Origin: a virus
Lineage: Duplodnaviria > Caudoviricetes
Length of the DNA stretch: 64,000 nucleotides
Reading direction: 5' to 3' (one strand)
Virus record (IMG/VR): IMGVR_UViG_2914436621_000001
Location: 32,001-96,000 of that record
A program made the position numbers and the translations under genes. Position 1 is the first letter of the stretch. Each line of letters opens with the position of its first letter. The notes beneath the pieces are model-generated. The model made no database searches. It had not been told where the DNA came from and was given only the letters and a program-made list of their open reading frames with translations. Below are positions 17,533-27,492 of this stretch, in pieces.

Positions 17533-20500
17533 CCTCTACCACTCGTTTCACTACTGAACTCGATCGCATTGACCTTCAAGCCATCAAACCGGATCACATC
17601 ACCGTCAAGCACTGGAATGAGTGGTGTGTAGAAAGCGCTGTCGATCCAGACATCACACGGCTCAACATCCGCAGTATCAGCGATTTAGAAGTTGACCCCG
17701 TCACCCGTGAGGTGTCTACACCAATCGCCGATCTGCTCAATTGGCGATATACCCGCTTTGGGCAACGTGCCAAAACAAATTTAGAGGGCTGGCTCTGCCA
17801 GGGAGTTGACCCTCTAAATAACTGCCAGCCGATGGATTGGGTCAGGTTCAAACCCAACCTCCCATTGCTGGACGAAAACGGCAAACCTAAAAGATATCTT
17901 GCCCCCAAAAACGTGTCGAGCCGCGCTACGTTCTTGCGGGTGAGCTGGAAAGCTGGCCTTAAAATCGCGAGGAGCTTAGGACATGAAGAAGTCTACGTCA
18001 AACGGATTTTGCAAGCGCACCAGGGCAGCGAAGCAGAAACGCAGAGCCGAGAAACGCATCCAGCAATTGAAGAGATCGGGAATTTCAGCGACGCTGTGTT
18101 ACATTCCGGAGCTGGACGAGTGGCATCCTCAGTGCTACCTGCGGGATCTGCCCTCCAGCATGAAGACCCAGATTTTTGGGAATGGGTTTTTACAAACGGA
18201 CTCCCAATCACCCTGACTGAAGGCGAAAAGAAGGCTGGCTGTTTGCTTACGCAAGGGGTGGTCGCGATCGCCCTCCCTGGTATCACAATGGGCGCTCGCA
18301 GTAAAGATGAGCATGGCAACCCATGCCTGCCCCGACTGATTCCAGAGTTAGAGCATTTCGCCACCAAAGACCGAGAATGGCTTATCTGCTTCGACTATGA
18401 GACCAAGGCAAAAACCGCATGGGCGGTTCGACGTGAAACAGAAAAGCTGTGCCGCTTAGCCCAACTGGCAGGCTGCACAGCCAAAGTTGTGCCCCTACCC
18501 GGCCCCGAAAAAGGCGTTGATGATTTCATCGTGGCACAGGGCGCAGAGGCGTTTAGATCCTGTTATGAAGCGGCTCTACCGCACGAAGTCTGGCAGATTG
18601 AGCATTACACCAAGCTCAGCCATACTCCCACCCTGGAACTCAATCAACGATACCTGGGGGCAATGTGCCTGCTGAACAACCCCAAACTGCTAGCCATTAA
18701 GTCACCAAAGGGCACTGGCAAGACAGAAAGTTTCGTTGAGTTAGTTTCTGAAGCAGTTCAAACCGGGCAGCGGGTTCTACTGCTCACCCACCGCACTCAA
18801 CTAGGACAGGCCATCTGCGATCGCATTGGAATCGATTTCGTATCGGAAATTCGCGTTTCCGAGACCCGTGGACTGCTCGGCTATGGACTCTGCCTGGACT
18901 CCCTGCATCCAGGCTCTCAGGCGCGGTTTGACGCTGAACACTGGAATGATGCCATCGTCATCATTGACGAATGTGAGCAGGTCTTCTGGCATCTGTTCTC
19001 CGCTGAAACTGAAATCAGCAAACACCGCATTGCCGTCTTACGCCAACTCCGCCAACTGCTCATCAACACACTGGAGAGCGATCGCGGAATGGTCATCCTA
19101 TCCGATGCTGACCTATCCGATCTGAGTATCGAGTTTGTTCAGAAACATACCGAAATCAGGACTGCCCCCTACTTAATCGTCAACCATTGGAGACCCGGAT
19201 CTGAGCAAAGCTGGGAGATCTACCACTACAGCCAGACCGAACCAACCGAATGGTACAACTCCCTGGTTGGTGCGATCGCTCAGGGTGGACACCACTTTGT
19301 CTGCACCCACTCCCAAAGAACGAAGAGCCGCTGGAGTACCTGCACAATGGAGTCTCACCTCCGCAGGCGGTTTCCAGACAAGCGAATCCTCCGGATTGAT
19401 AGCAAGAGCATCGGCGACAAAACACACCCAGCCTACGGTTGCATTAGCCGACTGAATGAAATCGTAGGCAACTACGACATAATTCTCGCCTCTCCCAGTA
19501 TCGAAACCGGGGTCAGCGTTGATATTAAGGGGCACTTCACAGCAGTCTGGGGCTGCTTTCAGGGCTGCACCCCAGAAAATACCGTAAGACAATCCCTGGC
19601 ACGGGTAAGAGAACCCGTTGAGCGGCACATCTGGATCGCCAAACACGGACTTGGCAAAGTGGGCAGTGGTGCCACCTCGCCACAAGCGCTGCTGAAATCT
19701 CAGCAAAAGATGGCGCAAGCCAGTTTAAAGCTGGTAGATCTCGATTTTGACTCAACAACAGGCGAATTCTTCAGCCACCATGCCGCCCTCAACACTTGGG
19801 CAAAAATGGCCGCCCGAATCAACATTGGTATGATTCGCTACCGAGAAGTGGTGCTCTACGGACTTCGGGGGGAGGGACACCAAATCTTTGAATTCGGCTG
19901 GAAGGTCGATCGCTCCGAGCTAAAGGAAGAGATCACAGCTGTTCGAGATGAGGAGTATTTAAAGGAGCGGGAGGCCATCACTACTGCCGATGAGATCACC
20001 CCCAGCCAATACGAAACCCTTAAATCTCAGAAAAATAAAAGAATGGAGGAGTGGCATAAAGAGCGAAAACATAAGCTGCAACAGCGCTACGGGTCAGAAG
20101 TCACACCAGAACTAATCGAGAAGGACGACAAGGGCTGGCACCCCCAGATCCGGCTCCACTACTATCTGGTGTATGGCCGCCAATTCCTCAAAGACCGCGA
20201 TCGGGCTGTTGTGGATGCGGCTGTGCAAAGCCATGAAATCTGGCTACCGTCCCTAAATCACGCTCAACTTGGCGTTCAAATTGGGGCATTGGAGTTTTTG
20301 GGGATTCCACAACTACTAGACCCAAATCGGGAATTCCGCTGCACCGATGCTGACTTAATCGAATTTGCCAAAAAAGCGAAGGCACACGCCTACGACCTGA
20401 AAACCGTTCTCAATGTCACGATTTCTCAAAAAGATACGCCGATTGCGATCGTGCAAACACTGTTGGGCAAGATTGGGCAGCGGCTTACCTATGACCGGAG

Positions 20501-20651
20501 GGAGGGGTCAAGGGGCAATCGCGTCCGGGTCTATCTGTATCGTCCAGCCAGAGACGGCAGGGACGAGGTTTACTTGCGCTGGATAGAGCGTGACCAGATT
20601 AAAAGTCAATCAGCGGTGTCCAGCCCCGGTATAGATCAAATAACAGCGTAG
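17529..20651 (+). CDS. DUF3854 Toprim plus SF2 helicase replication protein (CyRepA1-type)
   Basis: TEGEKKAG, ICFDYE, KGVDDF Toprim; SPKGTGKT Walker A; IIDECEQ; SPSIETGVSVD; 1040 aa. Confidence 0.88.
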   Translation: MTSTTRFTTELDRIDLQAIKPDHITVKHWNEWCVESAVDPDITRLNIRSISDLEVDPVTREVSTPIADLLNWRYTRFGQRAKTNLEGWLCQGVDPLNNCQPMDWVRFKPNLPLLDENGKPKRYLAPKNVSSRATFLRVSWKAGLKIARSLGHEEVYVKRILQAHQGSEAETQSRETHPAIEEIGNFSDAVLHSGAGRVASSVLPAGSALQHEDPDFWEWVFTNGLPITLTEGEKKAGCLLTQGVVAIALPGITMGARSKDEHGNPCLPRLIPELEHFATKDREWLICFDYETKAKTAWAVRRETEKLCRLAQLAGCTAKVVPLPGPEKGVDDFIVAQGAEAFRSCYEAALPHEVWQIEHYTKLSHTPTLELNQRYLGAMCLLNNPKLLAIKSPKGTGKTESFVELVSEAVQTGQRVLLLTHRTQLGQAICDRIGIDFVSEIRVSETRGLLGYGLCLDSLHPGSQARFDAEHWNDAIVIIDECEQVFWHLFSAETEISKHRIAVLRQLRQLLINTLESDRGMVILSDADLSDLSIEFVQKHTEIRTAPYLIVNHWRPGSEQSWEIYHYSQTEPTEWYNSLVGAIAQGGHHFVCTHSQRTKSRWSTCTMESHLRRRFPDKRILRIDSKSIGDKTHPAYGCISRLNEIVGNYDIILASPSIETGVSVDIKGHFTAVWGCFQGCTPENTVRQSLARVREPVERHIWIAKHGLGKVGSGATSPQALLKSQQKMAQASLKLVDLDFDSTTGEFFSHHAALNTWAKMAARINIGMIRYREVVLYGLRGEGHQIFEFGWKVDRSELKEEITAVRDEEYLKEREAITTADEITPSQYETLKSQKNKRMEEWHKERKHKLQQRYGSEVTPELIEKDDKGWHPQIRLHYYLVYGRQFLKDRDRAVVDAAVQSHEIWLPSLNHAQLGVQIGALEFLGIPQLLDPNREFRCTDADLIEFAKKAKAHAYDLKTVLNVTISQKDTPIAIVQTLLGKIGQRLTYDRREGSRGNRVRVYLYRPARDGRDEVYLRWIERDQIKSQSAVSSPGIDQITA

Positions 20652-20664
20652 GTGGACACAGAAC

Positions 20665-21054
20665 ATGAACACCACCCTACCGCCCTGGCTTCAATCCAAC
20701 TGCCCCGCATACCACAGGCCGACTGGCACTCTGTTCATCGCCAGCAGGCTAGTCCGCTGCCCCACCACGGGCGAATACCTCCTGATGGATGCCCCCAGAG
20801 GGTGCAAAGGCAACAGCTATCGCCTCAGCGAGTGTTGCGAACCCACCATCAAGCATCTATACGCTGGCTTGATGGTGGTCAACGGCAAGGCGCTGAGCGT
20901 GAGCGTCGATCGCAACCTCATCACCATTGCCGACGGGCAGCGCCGCATCGGTGTGCGAATTCCTGAGCAATCTCCTGAAACTGAGGATTTGAAGGCGATC
21001 GCCCAAAACTTCGCCCAATTCTTCAATGGCAAAATTATTGAGGAGGTGACCTGA
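20665..21054 (+). CDS. Hypothetical protein
   Basis: Operon member; TGATG overlap with the next gene. Confidence 0.65.
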   Translation: MNTTLPPWLQSNCPAYHRPTGTLFIASRLVRCPTTGEYLLMDAPRGCKGNSYRLSECCEPTIKHLYAGLMVVNGKALSVSVDRNLITIADGQRRIGVRIPEQSPETEDLKAIAQNFAQFFNGKIIEEVT

Positions 21055-21536
21055 TGCCGATGGATCGTCGTCGCTATCCCAAGGCATGGGAGTCGATCGC
21101 CCTCCAGATCAAAACTGCCGCCAACTGGACATGCGAAGCCTGTAACCGTCCATGTCGGCGACCTGGCGAGTTGGATGCCGAACTGGTTGAACGCATCGAA
21201 ACAGACCATTCCGCATGGGCGAAAGACCTATACGAATGGCAAGAAACTGAGGAATTTGGGGCGATCGAAATCCCAAAGCTCACCCGATTCACGCTGACGA
21301 CTGCCCATCCAAACCACGACCCGGAGAACCCAGACGCTGAGCTGAAAGCGTGGTGCTCTCCATGCCATTGTCGCTACGACCTCAAAGCAATGGGGACTAA
21401 GAAACGGCTGAAGTTGGAGCGTAGCGGCCAACTCACGATTGATTTGATAGGCATCACTGACCCAATACCAGCAGGGCAGGGCAAAGATCCGACACGAATT
21501 CAATTACCCCTTCGCGAAGAATTAGGAGGCTTATGA
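21054..21536 (+). CDS. HNH-like zinc-binding protein
   Basis: YPKAW...CEAC...LTTAHPNHDPEN...WCSPCH. Confidence 0.8.
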   Translation: MPMDRRRYPKAWESIALQIKTAANWTCEACNRPCRRPGELDAELVERIETDHSAWAKDLYEWQETEEFGAIEIPKLTRFTLTTAHPNHDPENPDAELKAWCSPCHCRYDLKAMGTKKRLKLERSGQLTIDLIGITDPIPAGQGKDPTRIQLPLREELGGL

Positions 21537-21570
21537 AAGCACACAATCAACTTGTCGGGAGGGCTTCGTA

Positions 21571-23583
21571 ATGGTCGCTTCCGCTGAAAAGGATATTCGT
21601 AAAAAGTTTTCCGTTGGCGCGACGTTGCTCGACAGGAACGGGAGAGTGGGGAAGGTGACAAAACACATCAGTAGCGCCCTGCTCGAAATTAGCTGGCAGG
21701 GTGAGGCTCCCACCAAGCATCATCGGGATTCGATCACATCTCTAGATGTCCGTGAAATCGAACAACTCAGCGCGGATGAACAGGGTGAGGCTCCCGAAGT
21801 GGCTCCTATTCAAAAATTCCGAAGAGACGATCGCGTCTTCCCGTCCAAACCCGTCGAGGTCAGCGCCGTTGCCGTTTACCAGGGCGAAGCTTACTACAGC
21901 GAAGGCAAGCAAGGCGCATGGCGCACCGCTACTCCAGACGACATCAAAAACCTAAAAAAGGGCGATCGCGTCTCAATAGCCAACCAAAACTGGGTCTACA
22001 CCTATGTGCGATGGGATTCAGTTGAGGCTGAAGCTGTAGTGAAATTTGTGGGCTACAACTTTCGCACCCGGATTCCGGTGGCAAAACTTCAGGTGGAGGG
22101 GTTGAAAACGCCTGAACCAGAGACTTTTCATGACAACGATGTCGCTGAGGGCGAGGTGATCGCCCTTGCTGAACCTAGCAAAGTTCCGGAAGAGGAGCCG
22201 CCTGGGGATATTAACGCTGCTTTGCTGGCAGCACTAAAAAGCGATAAGTGGAAGGAATTTCAGGATCAAGGAGCTAGCGATGAGCAATTGAAGTGGGCGA
22301 TCGCTGACCATTTTGGGATTGAAGTAGGCAGCTCTAGCCCACACTGGTGGCGCGCCAAAGGCGGTAAAAATCCCAGGTTTTGGAACCGATCATCGTCCCA
22401 GGGTAAGCCTGATTTGCAAGGCAAAGCGCTGGTGGCGCGAGTGAGGGAGTTGCTAGGGATTCCTAAATTAAGCGATCGCCCTGCCACAGTTGAAGACCCT
22501 GTATCCTCTCTAGAGCCAATTCATCAACAGATTGCGCGACTAGCAACTGTTCCCTCTAACTGTCACGGCGACGAACTTGCGCTACGTCAAGGCTGGAAGC
22601 TTGATTTGCAAGGTAAAGCGCCAGTGGGAGCGATCGCTACCGATAATAAGCCCCTAACTATTATTGAAAGCCCTACTGAATCGATAACAAGGCTTGATGC
22701 CCTCGCCACCGAAATCAACGCCCTCTACGGACAGTTAGAGGAAGCGGAGGAAGTCGCCAGCAGCGCCGCCCGTAGCGCTCTCACCTTTGCCCGTGAGATG
22801 GGGCAAAAGCTGCTAGAGGCTAAGAAACAATGTGGGCACGGCAACTGGGAGGAATGGCGCAAACAACTCGTTTCATCCCGCTCTGGCAAGCCGCTCCCCA
22901 GCTCCACGGCCAGCCTCTACCAGCGCATCGCCAAACGTTGGGAGGAGGTTGAGCAGGCCGAAACCCTTAGAGATGCGGCTGCACTGCTGAAGAGCGATCG
23001 CCAACTCTCATCATCTGTAAATAAATCCACTTCCAAATCCGCAACGGAAGTGTCGATGGTTGCGGATTTGAAGAAAGAGGTGGTGCCAGCCGAGCAAATC
23101 GTCAGCGTCACTCACTCCGGCTGGATACAAACCAAAGAAGGGCGATCGCTAAACCCTGAACACTACGAACCGGAACAACCGCTGGTCTGCAAACCCTCTA
23201 TCACACCGGAGGAGTTTAACCGAGAGATGACAGCAGACAACTGTTTTAGCGGTTGCCATAGCTGTAGGCACCGGATGCTGGCAGGCAGCGGCGATCGCTA
23301 CCGCTGCGAGATGGATGAGTTTGGTGAGGGAATCAAAACTCTCTCGCTCAAAGAAAACTGGTTTGAGCTAAACGAAGGGTGCAAAAACTACAGCGGAGGT
23401 GGCACTCAGCCCACTATGGCGATCGCCACCACTAATAGTTGCGCTGGGATGCCAGCCATTCAAAAAGCGGTTTGGGAATGGCTAAACCTCAACGGAATTG
23501 AGGCCGATGAGGTTGCTGCCAGCAACGCGGCTGATGCGATTTATGAATACCTACACGGCCAATTTCTGGAGGTTGAAGACTGA
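21571..23583 (+). CDS. Large multidomain protein with DUF3102-like segment
   Basis: AREMGQKLLEAKKQCGHGNWEEW; Cys-rich C-terminal part. Confidence 0.7.
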   Translation: MVASAEKDIRKKFSVGATLLDRNGRVGKVTKHISSALLEISWQGEAPTKHHRDSITSLDVREIEQLSADEQGEAPEVAPIQKFRRDDRVFPSKPVEVSAVAVYQGEAYYSEGKQGAWRTATPDDIKNLKKGDRVSIANQNWVYTYVRWDSVEAEAVVKFVGYNFRTRIPVAKLQVEGLKTPEPETFHDNDVAEGEVIALAEPSKVPEEEPPGDINAALLAALKSDKWKEFQDQGASDEQLKWAIADHFGIEVGSSSPHWWRAKGGKNPRFWNRSSSQGKPDLQGKALVARVRELLGIPKLSDRPATVEDPVSSLEPIHQQIARLATVPSNCHGDELALRQGWKLDLQGKAPVGAIATDNKPLTIIESPTESITRLDALATEINALYGQLEEAEEVASSAARSALTFAREMGQKLLEAKKQCGHGNWEEWRKQLVSSRSGKPLPSSTASLYQRIAKRWEEVEQAETLRDAAALLKSDRQLSSSVNKSTSKSATEVSMVADLKKEVVPAEQIVSVTHSGWIQTKEGRSLNPEHYEPEQPLVCKPSITPEEFNREMTADNCFSGCHSCRHRMLAGSGDRYRCEMDEFGEGIKTLSLKENWFELNEGCKNYSGGGTQPTMAIATTNSCAGMPAIQKAVWEWLNLNGIEADEVAASNAADAIYEYLHGQFLEVED

Positions 23584-23584
23584 T

Positions 23585-23809
23585 ATGCATAAACTCAGAA
23601 TTTTTCTATGGGCCGCACTTCATCATGAGCAGTTCCGATACTGCTATCTGATTCTGCCGATCACCATTCGGTTCTATCAGGCACAGCCACACACATGGAG
23701 GTTAGAACTCAGGCTGCAAACTTTCTCAACCTACGTTCCTTGGACTGTCCAGAGCGCCTATCTCGGAGCCAAAGGATACAAGCCTGACCTTGAAGACATC
23801 CCGTTCTAG
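23585..23809 (+). CDS. Hypothetical protein
   Basis: ATG 1 nt after the upstream stop; ends in EDIPF. Confidence 0.5.
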   Translation: MHKLRIFLWAALHHEQFRYCYLILPITIRFYQAQPHTWRLELRLQTFSTYVPWTVQSAYLGAKGYKPDLEDIPF

Positions 23810-23817
23810 CCGCAGCC

Positions 23818-24162
23818 ATGCCGAACTCCAGATATGACCCCTCAGACTCCCGATACTGGGAGGAACCTGAAAGCAACGAAGACCTAGATCCAGGCTACTA
23901 CTACGCTGAAGACCACTACGACGAGGACGACGATTCAATGAACACGTTAATTGAAAAACAAGCAGAAATTATCCAAACCCTTCAAGCAAAAGCGCTTGAA
24001 GATCCTTCGCCACAGACAATCGCATCATTGACCGCTGCAACATTGGCATTGAAAAACTTGCTAGAGATTAAGCAGGTAGTGGATCGCGATGGTTTGCCTA
24101 CCGTTGAGGAATTGGTGGGGATTTTGGCCGATAGAAATAAGAAGGGCGATCGCAATGACTAA
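23818..24162 (+). CDS. Hypothetical protein
   Basis: Operon member. Confidence 0.55.
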   Translation: MPNSRYDPSDSRYWEEPESNEDLDPGYYYAEDHYDEDDDSMNTLIEKQAEIIQTLQAKALEDPSPQTIASLTAATLALKNLLEIKQVVDRDGLPTVEELVGILADRNKKGDRND

Positions 24163-24373
24163 GCAAGGAGCAGCTTATGAATTCGGAGAAATTGTAAAAA
24201 CGCCACACAACGAACTAGGGGAGGTTATTGGCATTTGGAAGGACGGTGCGCGGTGGCGTTACAGACTTAAATACCTTCACCATTGGACGGATTCGTGGTG
24301 GAAGGAAGACCAGCTTACCCGCGCCACTATTAATCAGGAACAACAGAGGATAGAGGAGGGCGATCGCCAGTGA
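24155..24373 (+). CDS. Small SH3/KOW-like hypothetical protein
   Basis: YEFGEIVKT...GEVIGI...WRYRL. Confidence 0.55.
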   Translation: MTKQGAAYEFGEIVKTPHNELGEVIGIWKDGARWRYRLKYLHHWTDSWWKEDQLTRATINQEQQRIEEGDRQ

Positions 24374-24711
24374 CCAAACCCAACATCGGAGAATTAAATC
24401 AACGGCTAGCCCTGCTGGAAGCTCAACAAGAATGGATCACTGCCATTCTTCAGGCGTATGGCATACAGGGAGTATGGCTCTCACCAGGTAAGGCAGCCAG
24501 CATCCTCGGAGTCACCCGCGATCGCATCATGGGCGAGATCCGCCGCGCCGAGCGGTTGAGAGCCGTCCGCAAAAGAGGGGATTGTCTATATGATGTCCAT
24601 TACCGTGACGATCGAGATCCAGAAGAAGGCGTGGAGCCTGTCTGGAAAGCAAACATCATCGAATTTCGCAAACTCCTGGCAATCCCACCCGATGAACGAA
24701 AACTGCCCTAA
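24370..24711 (+). CDS. Putative excisionase / recombination directionality factor
   Basis: WLSPGKAASILGVTRDRI HTH; convergent with the integrase. Confidence 0.65.
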   Translation: MTKPNIGELNQRLALLEAQQEWITAILQAYGIQGVWLSPGKAASILGVTRDRIMGEIRRAERLRAVRKRGDCLYDVHYRDDRDPEEGVEPVWKANIIEFRKLLAIPPDERKLP

Positions 24712-25802
24712 GAACGCCGCCTCATTACCTCCTGATACACCTTCAGATAGGGTTGTTCTCCCCACCACGCCCGATATTTAGTCAGATGAGTGTCAAGGCT
24801 GTGCCCCATTGACTTAGCGAGAAAGTCTGGCGGGAAACCAAACTCAAACCCGCGCCGAGCATAACAATGGCGCAAATCATAGGGAGTGAATCCAACCTCA
24901 AGTTGGCGAAATCTTTGAGAAAGAGACATCCCTAATTGATTGTTATTTCGCCCCTCGATCTTTATGGATGGAATCTGATAATTTTGAACATCAAATTCCC
25001 AAAAGTCGGCGGGAATTGGGAAGGCGGTATGTTGTCCAGTTTTGGTTTCTTCTGGAACTTCCAACACCGCTGGCTCCTGGCCTAGTCGGTCGGTATGCAC
25101 CACAAACGCTTCATGAGGGCGCAAACCATAAACGCACAAAGCATCGTAAAGCCACACCCAGCCGTAAGATTGAAATTTTTTTCTAGCCGCAGCGATGAGG
25201 CGATCGCTAGGCAGATCTCGTGGATTAACCGATCTAGACGCAGAATATCCCTTACCCATCTCCTTCAGGTCATCCGCCCCTACCAGCTCAGCAAACTCTG
25301 CCAGCAGTCGAAACGCCATTGCATATCCCTGCCTGCTTCGAGTTCCTGGATCGCTGCGCTCCAAAATAATTCGCTTCAACAGCTCCAGGCTCAACGGCTC
25401 ATCTAGCGGTAGGTGACGAAACTTCAGTTCATAATCCTTGTGCCACGAATTGAGCGTGGAAGGAGTTTGTTTGGTATTGTTCCAATGATGATCTGTAAAC
25501 TTCTCAACCCACTCCCCTACTGTCTCGGAGGGTTTTTGCTTGCCCTTGAGATAGGGCGTCCAGTCAAATTTCTCCTTAATTAGTTGACTTTCCATCTCCT
25601 GAGCAATGGCGAACGCCATCCGCAACCCAGCAAACGTAGCTGGCTTACCCGCACTAATCTCGTAAGATTTAGCATGACTACCGTCCCCTGGCTTTGGCGG
25701 AAATGTGCCACGAATCGATAGCCGTTTACCTCTAATGCGAATGCTGACCAACGACAAGAGTTGGTTGGTTTCGGCCAGACGCTCATCAAATCCAGTTCCC
25801 AT
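24708..25802 (-). CDS. int: Phage integrase (tyrosine recombinase)
   Basis: YGLRPHE, KTG, PYDLRHCYA, MGHSLDTHLTKY; adjacent to the tRNA fragment. Confidence 0.93.
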   Translation of the reverse strand: MGTGFDERLAETNQLLSLVSIRIRGKRLSIRGTFPPKPGDGSHAKSYEISAGKPATFAGLRMAFAIAQEMESQLIKEKFDWTPYLKGKQKPSETVGEWVEKFTDHHWNNTKQTPSTLNSWHKDYELKFRHLPLDEPLSLELLKRIILERSDPGTRSRQGYAMAFRLLAEFAELVGADDLKEMGKGYSASRSVNPRDLPSDRLIAAARKKFQSYGWVWLYDALCVYGLRPHEAFVVHTDRLGQEPAVLEVPEETKTGQHTAFPIPADFWEFDVQNYQIPSIKIEGRNNNQLGMSLSQRFRQLEVGFTPYDLRHCYARRGFEFGFPPDFLAKSMGHSLDTHLTKYRAWWGEQPYLKVYQEVMRRRS

Positions 25803-25828
25803 TTGCCCAAAATTTGCCCAAAAAATAA

Positions 25829-25874
25829 CCTCAGACAGACCTAGTTTTTGATTAAAAACCTATTCTGTCTGAGG
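25829..25874. repeat. Inverted repeat between att core and int
   Basis: cctcagacaga ... tctgtctgagg with inner gttttt/aaaaac. Confidence 0.7.
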
Positions 25875-25899
25875 CAAGCTTAAGGCTAAAACCTAGAAA

Positions 25900-25959
25900 C
25901 GGAGAGGGAGGGATTCGAACCCTCGGATACCCCTAAAGGCATCAACAGATTAGCAATCT
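25900..25959 (-). pseudogene. 3' fragment of tRNA-Ser(GCT), att core
   Basis: Minus strand AGATT-GCT-AATCT anticodon arm, long variable arm, GAGGGTTCGAATCCCTC T-arm, CCTCTCCG end; no D-arm or 5' acceptor strand upstream. Confidence 0.88.
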
Positions 25960-26139
25960 ACTCAACAATTCTTCTAAGGCTTGATGCAGAAGCCTTGTGA
26001 AAATTGCCAAAAAACAAATTCCCCCATTTCTCCCCCAAATAGGGTGTTTTAAGCCCTTCACATCTGTCGCTATTCGGGGGTGTGGGGCGCTAGTCGAGCT
26101 AATTGAGCGGATCGCTCCGCCGCTCTAGGCCGGGTAAGC

Positions 26140-26820
26140 TTACAACAAAATTTGATGGTTGCTCTGCACATATTTGTCAGCGATCGCATTAATCAGTTCC
26201 TCCCACCTAATTTCATCGTCGTGAAAGAGGAGAAGCTGTTGAGCGAGATCGGCGGCAATGAATCGAGCGTAATGATTGGGATGCTTAAGGGTCTGAATCC
26301 CAACAAGATCGCAGAGATAAGCAAACCGAACGCGAACTCGAATGGTCTTTGTGAGGGGATCGGGAATCCTTGCCACCTCAACCAATGCAAGAATATGCGT
26401 CGGTGTCGGATGGCGACGAGCGGAAAGTGCGACATCCCAAGATGCTCTAACACTTCCCGGCTCAAGGGATCGGCGCTCTCCAGCTCCGTTAGGTGATGCC
26501 GTCCATCTAACCTGATCGCAGGTAAGGAGTAGGTCATATTGCCCTTGATAGGCTGGGATGAATCGGTAAGTGGCCGCAGCTCCCGCCACCGATCGCTTGA
26601 GTCGATGGAGAACTCCGAGATTGGATTGCCAGCTTCGTTCGACGGAGACAGTTTCTCGTTGCGATCGTCTGGCGAGTCGCTTAATCCATCGGAGTAGTCG
26701 CGTGAGCCAGTCATTGTTGTGTTGTGCCACTATCGTCGGGCATGGTTGGGCTTGAGATGGCACGATCGACCGGGGCGATCGTCTGTGCAATTTTTTCATC
26801 CAATGAGCGGGTTGGAGCAA
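26140..26820 (-). CDS. Hypothetical protein (frame and start uncertain)
   Basis: Three overlapping ORFs here; the C-terminus of this one looks most protein-like. Confidence 0.3.
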   Translation of the reverse strand: MLQPAHWMKKLHRRSPRSIVPSQAQPCPTIVAQHNNDWLTRLLRWIKRLARRSQRETVSVERSWQSNLGVLHRLKRSVAGAAATYRFIPAYQGQYDLLLTCDQVRWTASPNGAGERRSLEPGSVRASWDVALSARRHPTPTHILALVEVARIPDPLTKTIRVRVRFAYLCDLVGIQTLKHPNHYARFIAADLAQQLLLFHDDEIRWEELINAIADKYVQSNHQILL

Positions 26821-26968
26821 GCCACGCGCCCGTCATAACCGTCAGGCCAAGCGAGATTTGAGCCGACGGGTCGTAGTCGGAAACCAGATTGGATTTGTGC
26901 AGGGCTTGCGCGATGATCAGCAATCCTGCTACAACCCCAAAAGACTCCACTGAGAGAAATTTACGCAT
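26711..26968 (-). CDS. 2-TM holin-like protein
   Basis: MRKFLSVESFGVVAGLLIIAQAL...LGLTVMTGAWL; at the end of the tail operon. Confidence 0.55.
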   Translation of the reverse strand: MRKFLSVESFGVVAGLLIIAQALHKSNLVSDYDPSAQISLGLTVMTGAWLAPTRSLDEKIAQTIAPVDRAISSPTMPDDSGTTQQ

Positions 26969-26972
26969 TGTT

Positions 26973-27491
26973 CTAGGGGATAGGTTGGAGATCAAAATCG
27001 TCTGGATTGAAGCCGTGGATTTCGAGGCGCGATCGCAGCCATTCCAGCTCTTCGGCTGTGAAGTCTCCAATGCCCGCAATGCCTCGCAATCCATCACGAA
27101 CATCAGCAATAGCAGTCGCGAAATCGCTCAGATGATGGGTGGTCGTCAGGGTGCCATAGAGCAAAGTGAACGCTTTATTCGCCTTTAAAGTTCGCCCCGC
27201 TCCTTCGTAGACCTTTGCCCAAGGCATCGATCGTCGCAGATCCTCAACTAGGCCATCCCAATTCTGTAAAGGCATAGGAACCGGAAGTGGAGGCAATTCC
27301 CAACTGCTCTCATTCCAGTAGTGTAGTGAGCTGGGTTGAGGCGGTTTTGCAACAACTGCCGTGCCGTCAAAATAAGCTTCTGCGGGTTCTAGCTCTTCAC
27401 CTTCTGCTAAAGCAAATCCCACAGGCAGCACCTCAGGCTTGGTGTCCATCGGCGGACTTACCACCTGATTATCAGCAATGAAATACCACAT
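26973..27491 (-). CDS. Putative tail fibre assembly protein
   Basis: Follows the fibre genes; KPPQPSSLHYW motif. Confidence 0.55.
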   Translation of the reverse strand: MWYFIADNQVVSPPMDTKPEVLPVGFALAEGEELEPAEAYFDGTAVVAKPPQPSSLHYWNESSWELPPLPVPMPLQNWDGLVEDLRRSMPWAKVYEGAGRTLKANKAFTLLYGTLTTTHHLSDFATAIADVRDGLRGIAGIGDFTAEELEWLRSRLEIHGFNPDDFDLQPIP

Positions 27492-27492
27492 A

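Larger units (their letters stand above)
1..25959. mobile_element. Prophage/integrative element A (left end outside window)
   Basis: Integrase and xis next to a tRNA-Ser fragment, CI/Cro-like switch, primase-helicase, holin-like genes, TerS-like gene running off the left edge. Confidence 0.8.

Noticed and set aside
22408-22634. Duplicated tgatttgcaagg(c/t)aaagcgc segment
   Set aside because: Two in-frame copies (DLQGKA) inside one gene with no other support
25900-25990. Intact tRNA-Ser gene
   Set aside because: Sequence 5' of the anticodon stem has no D-arm and no acceptor strand complementary to CCTCTCC
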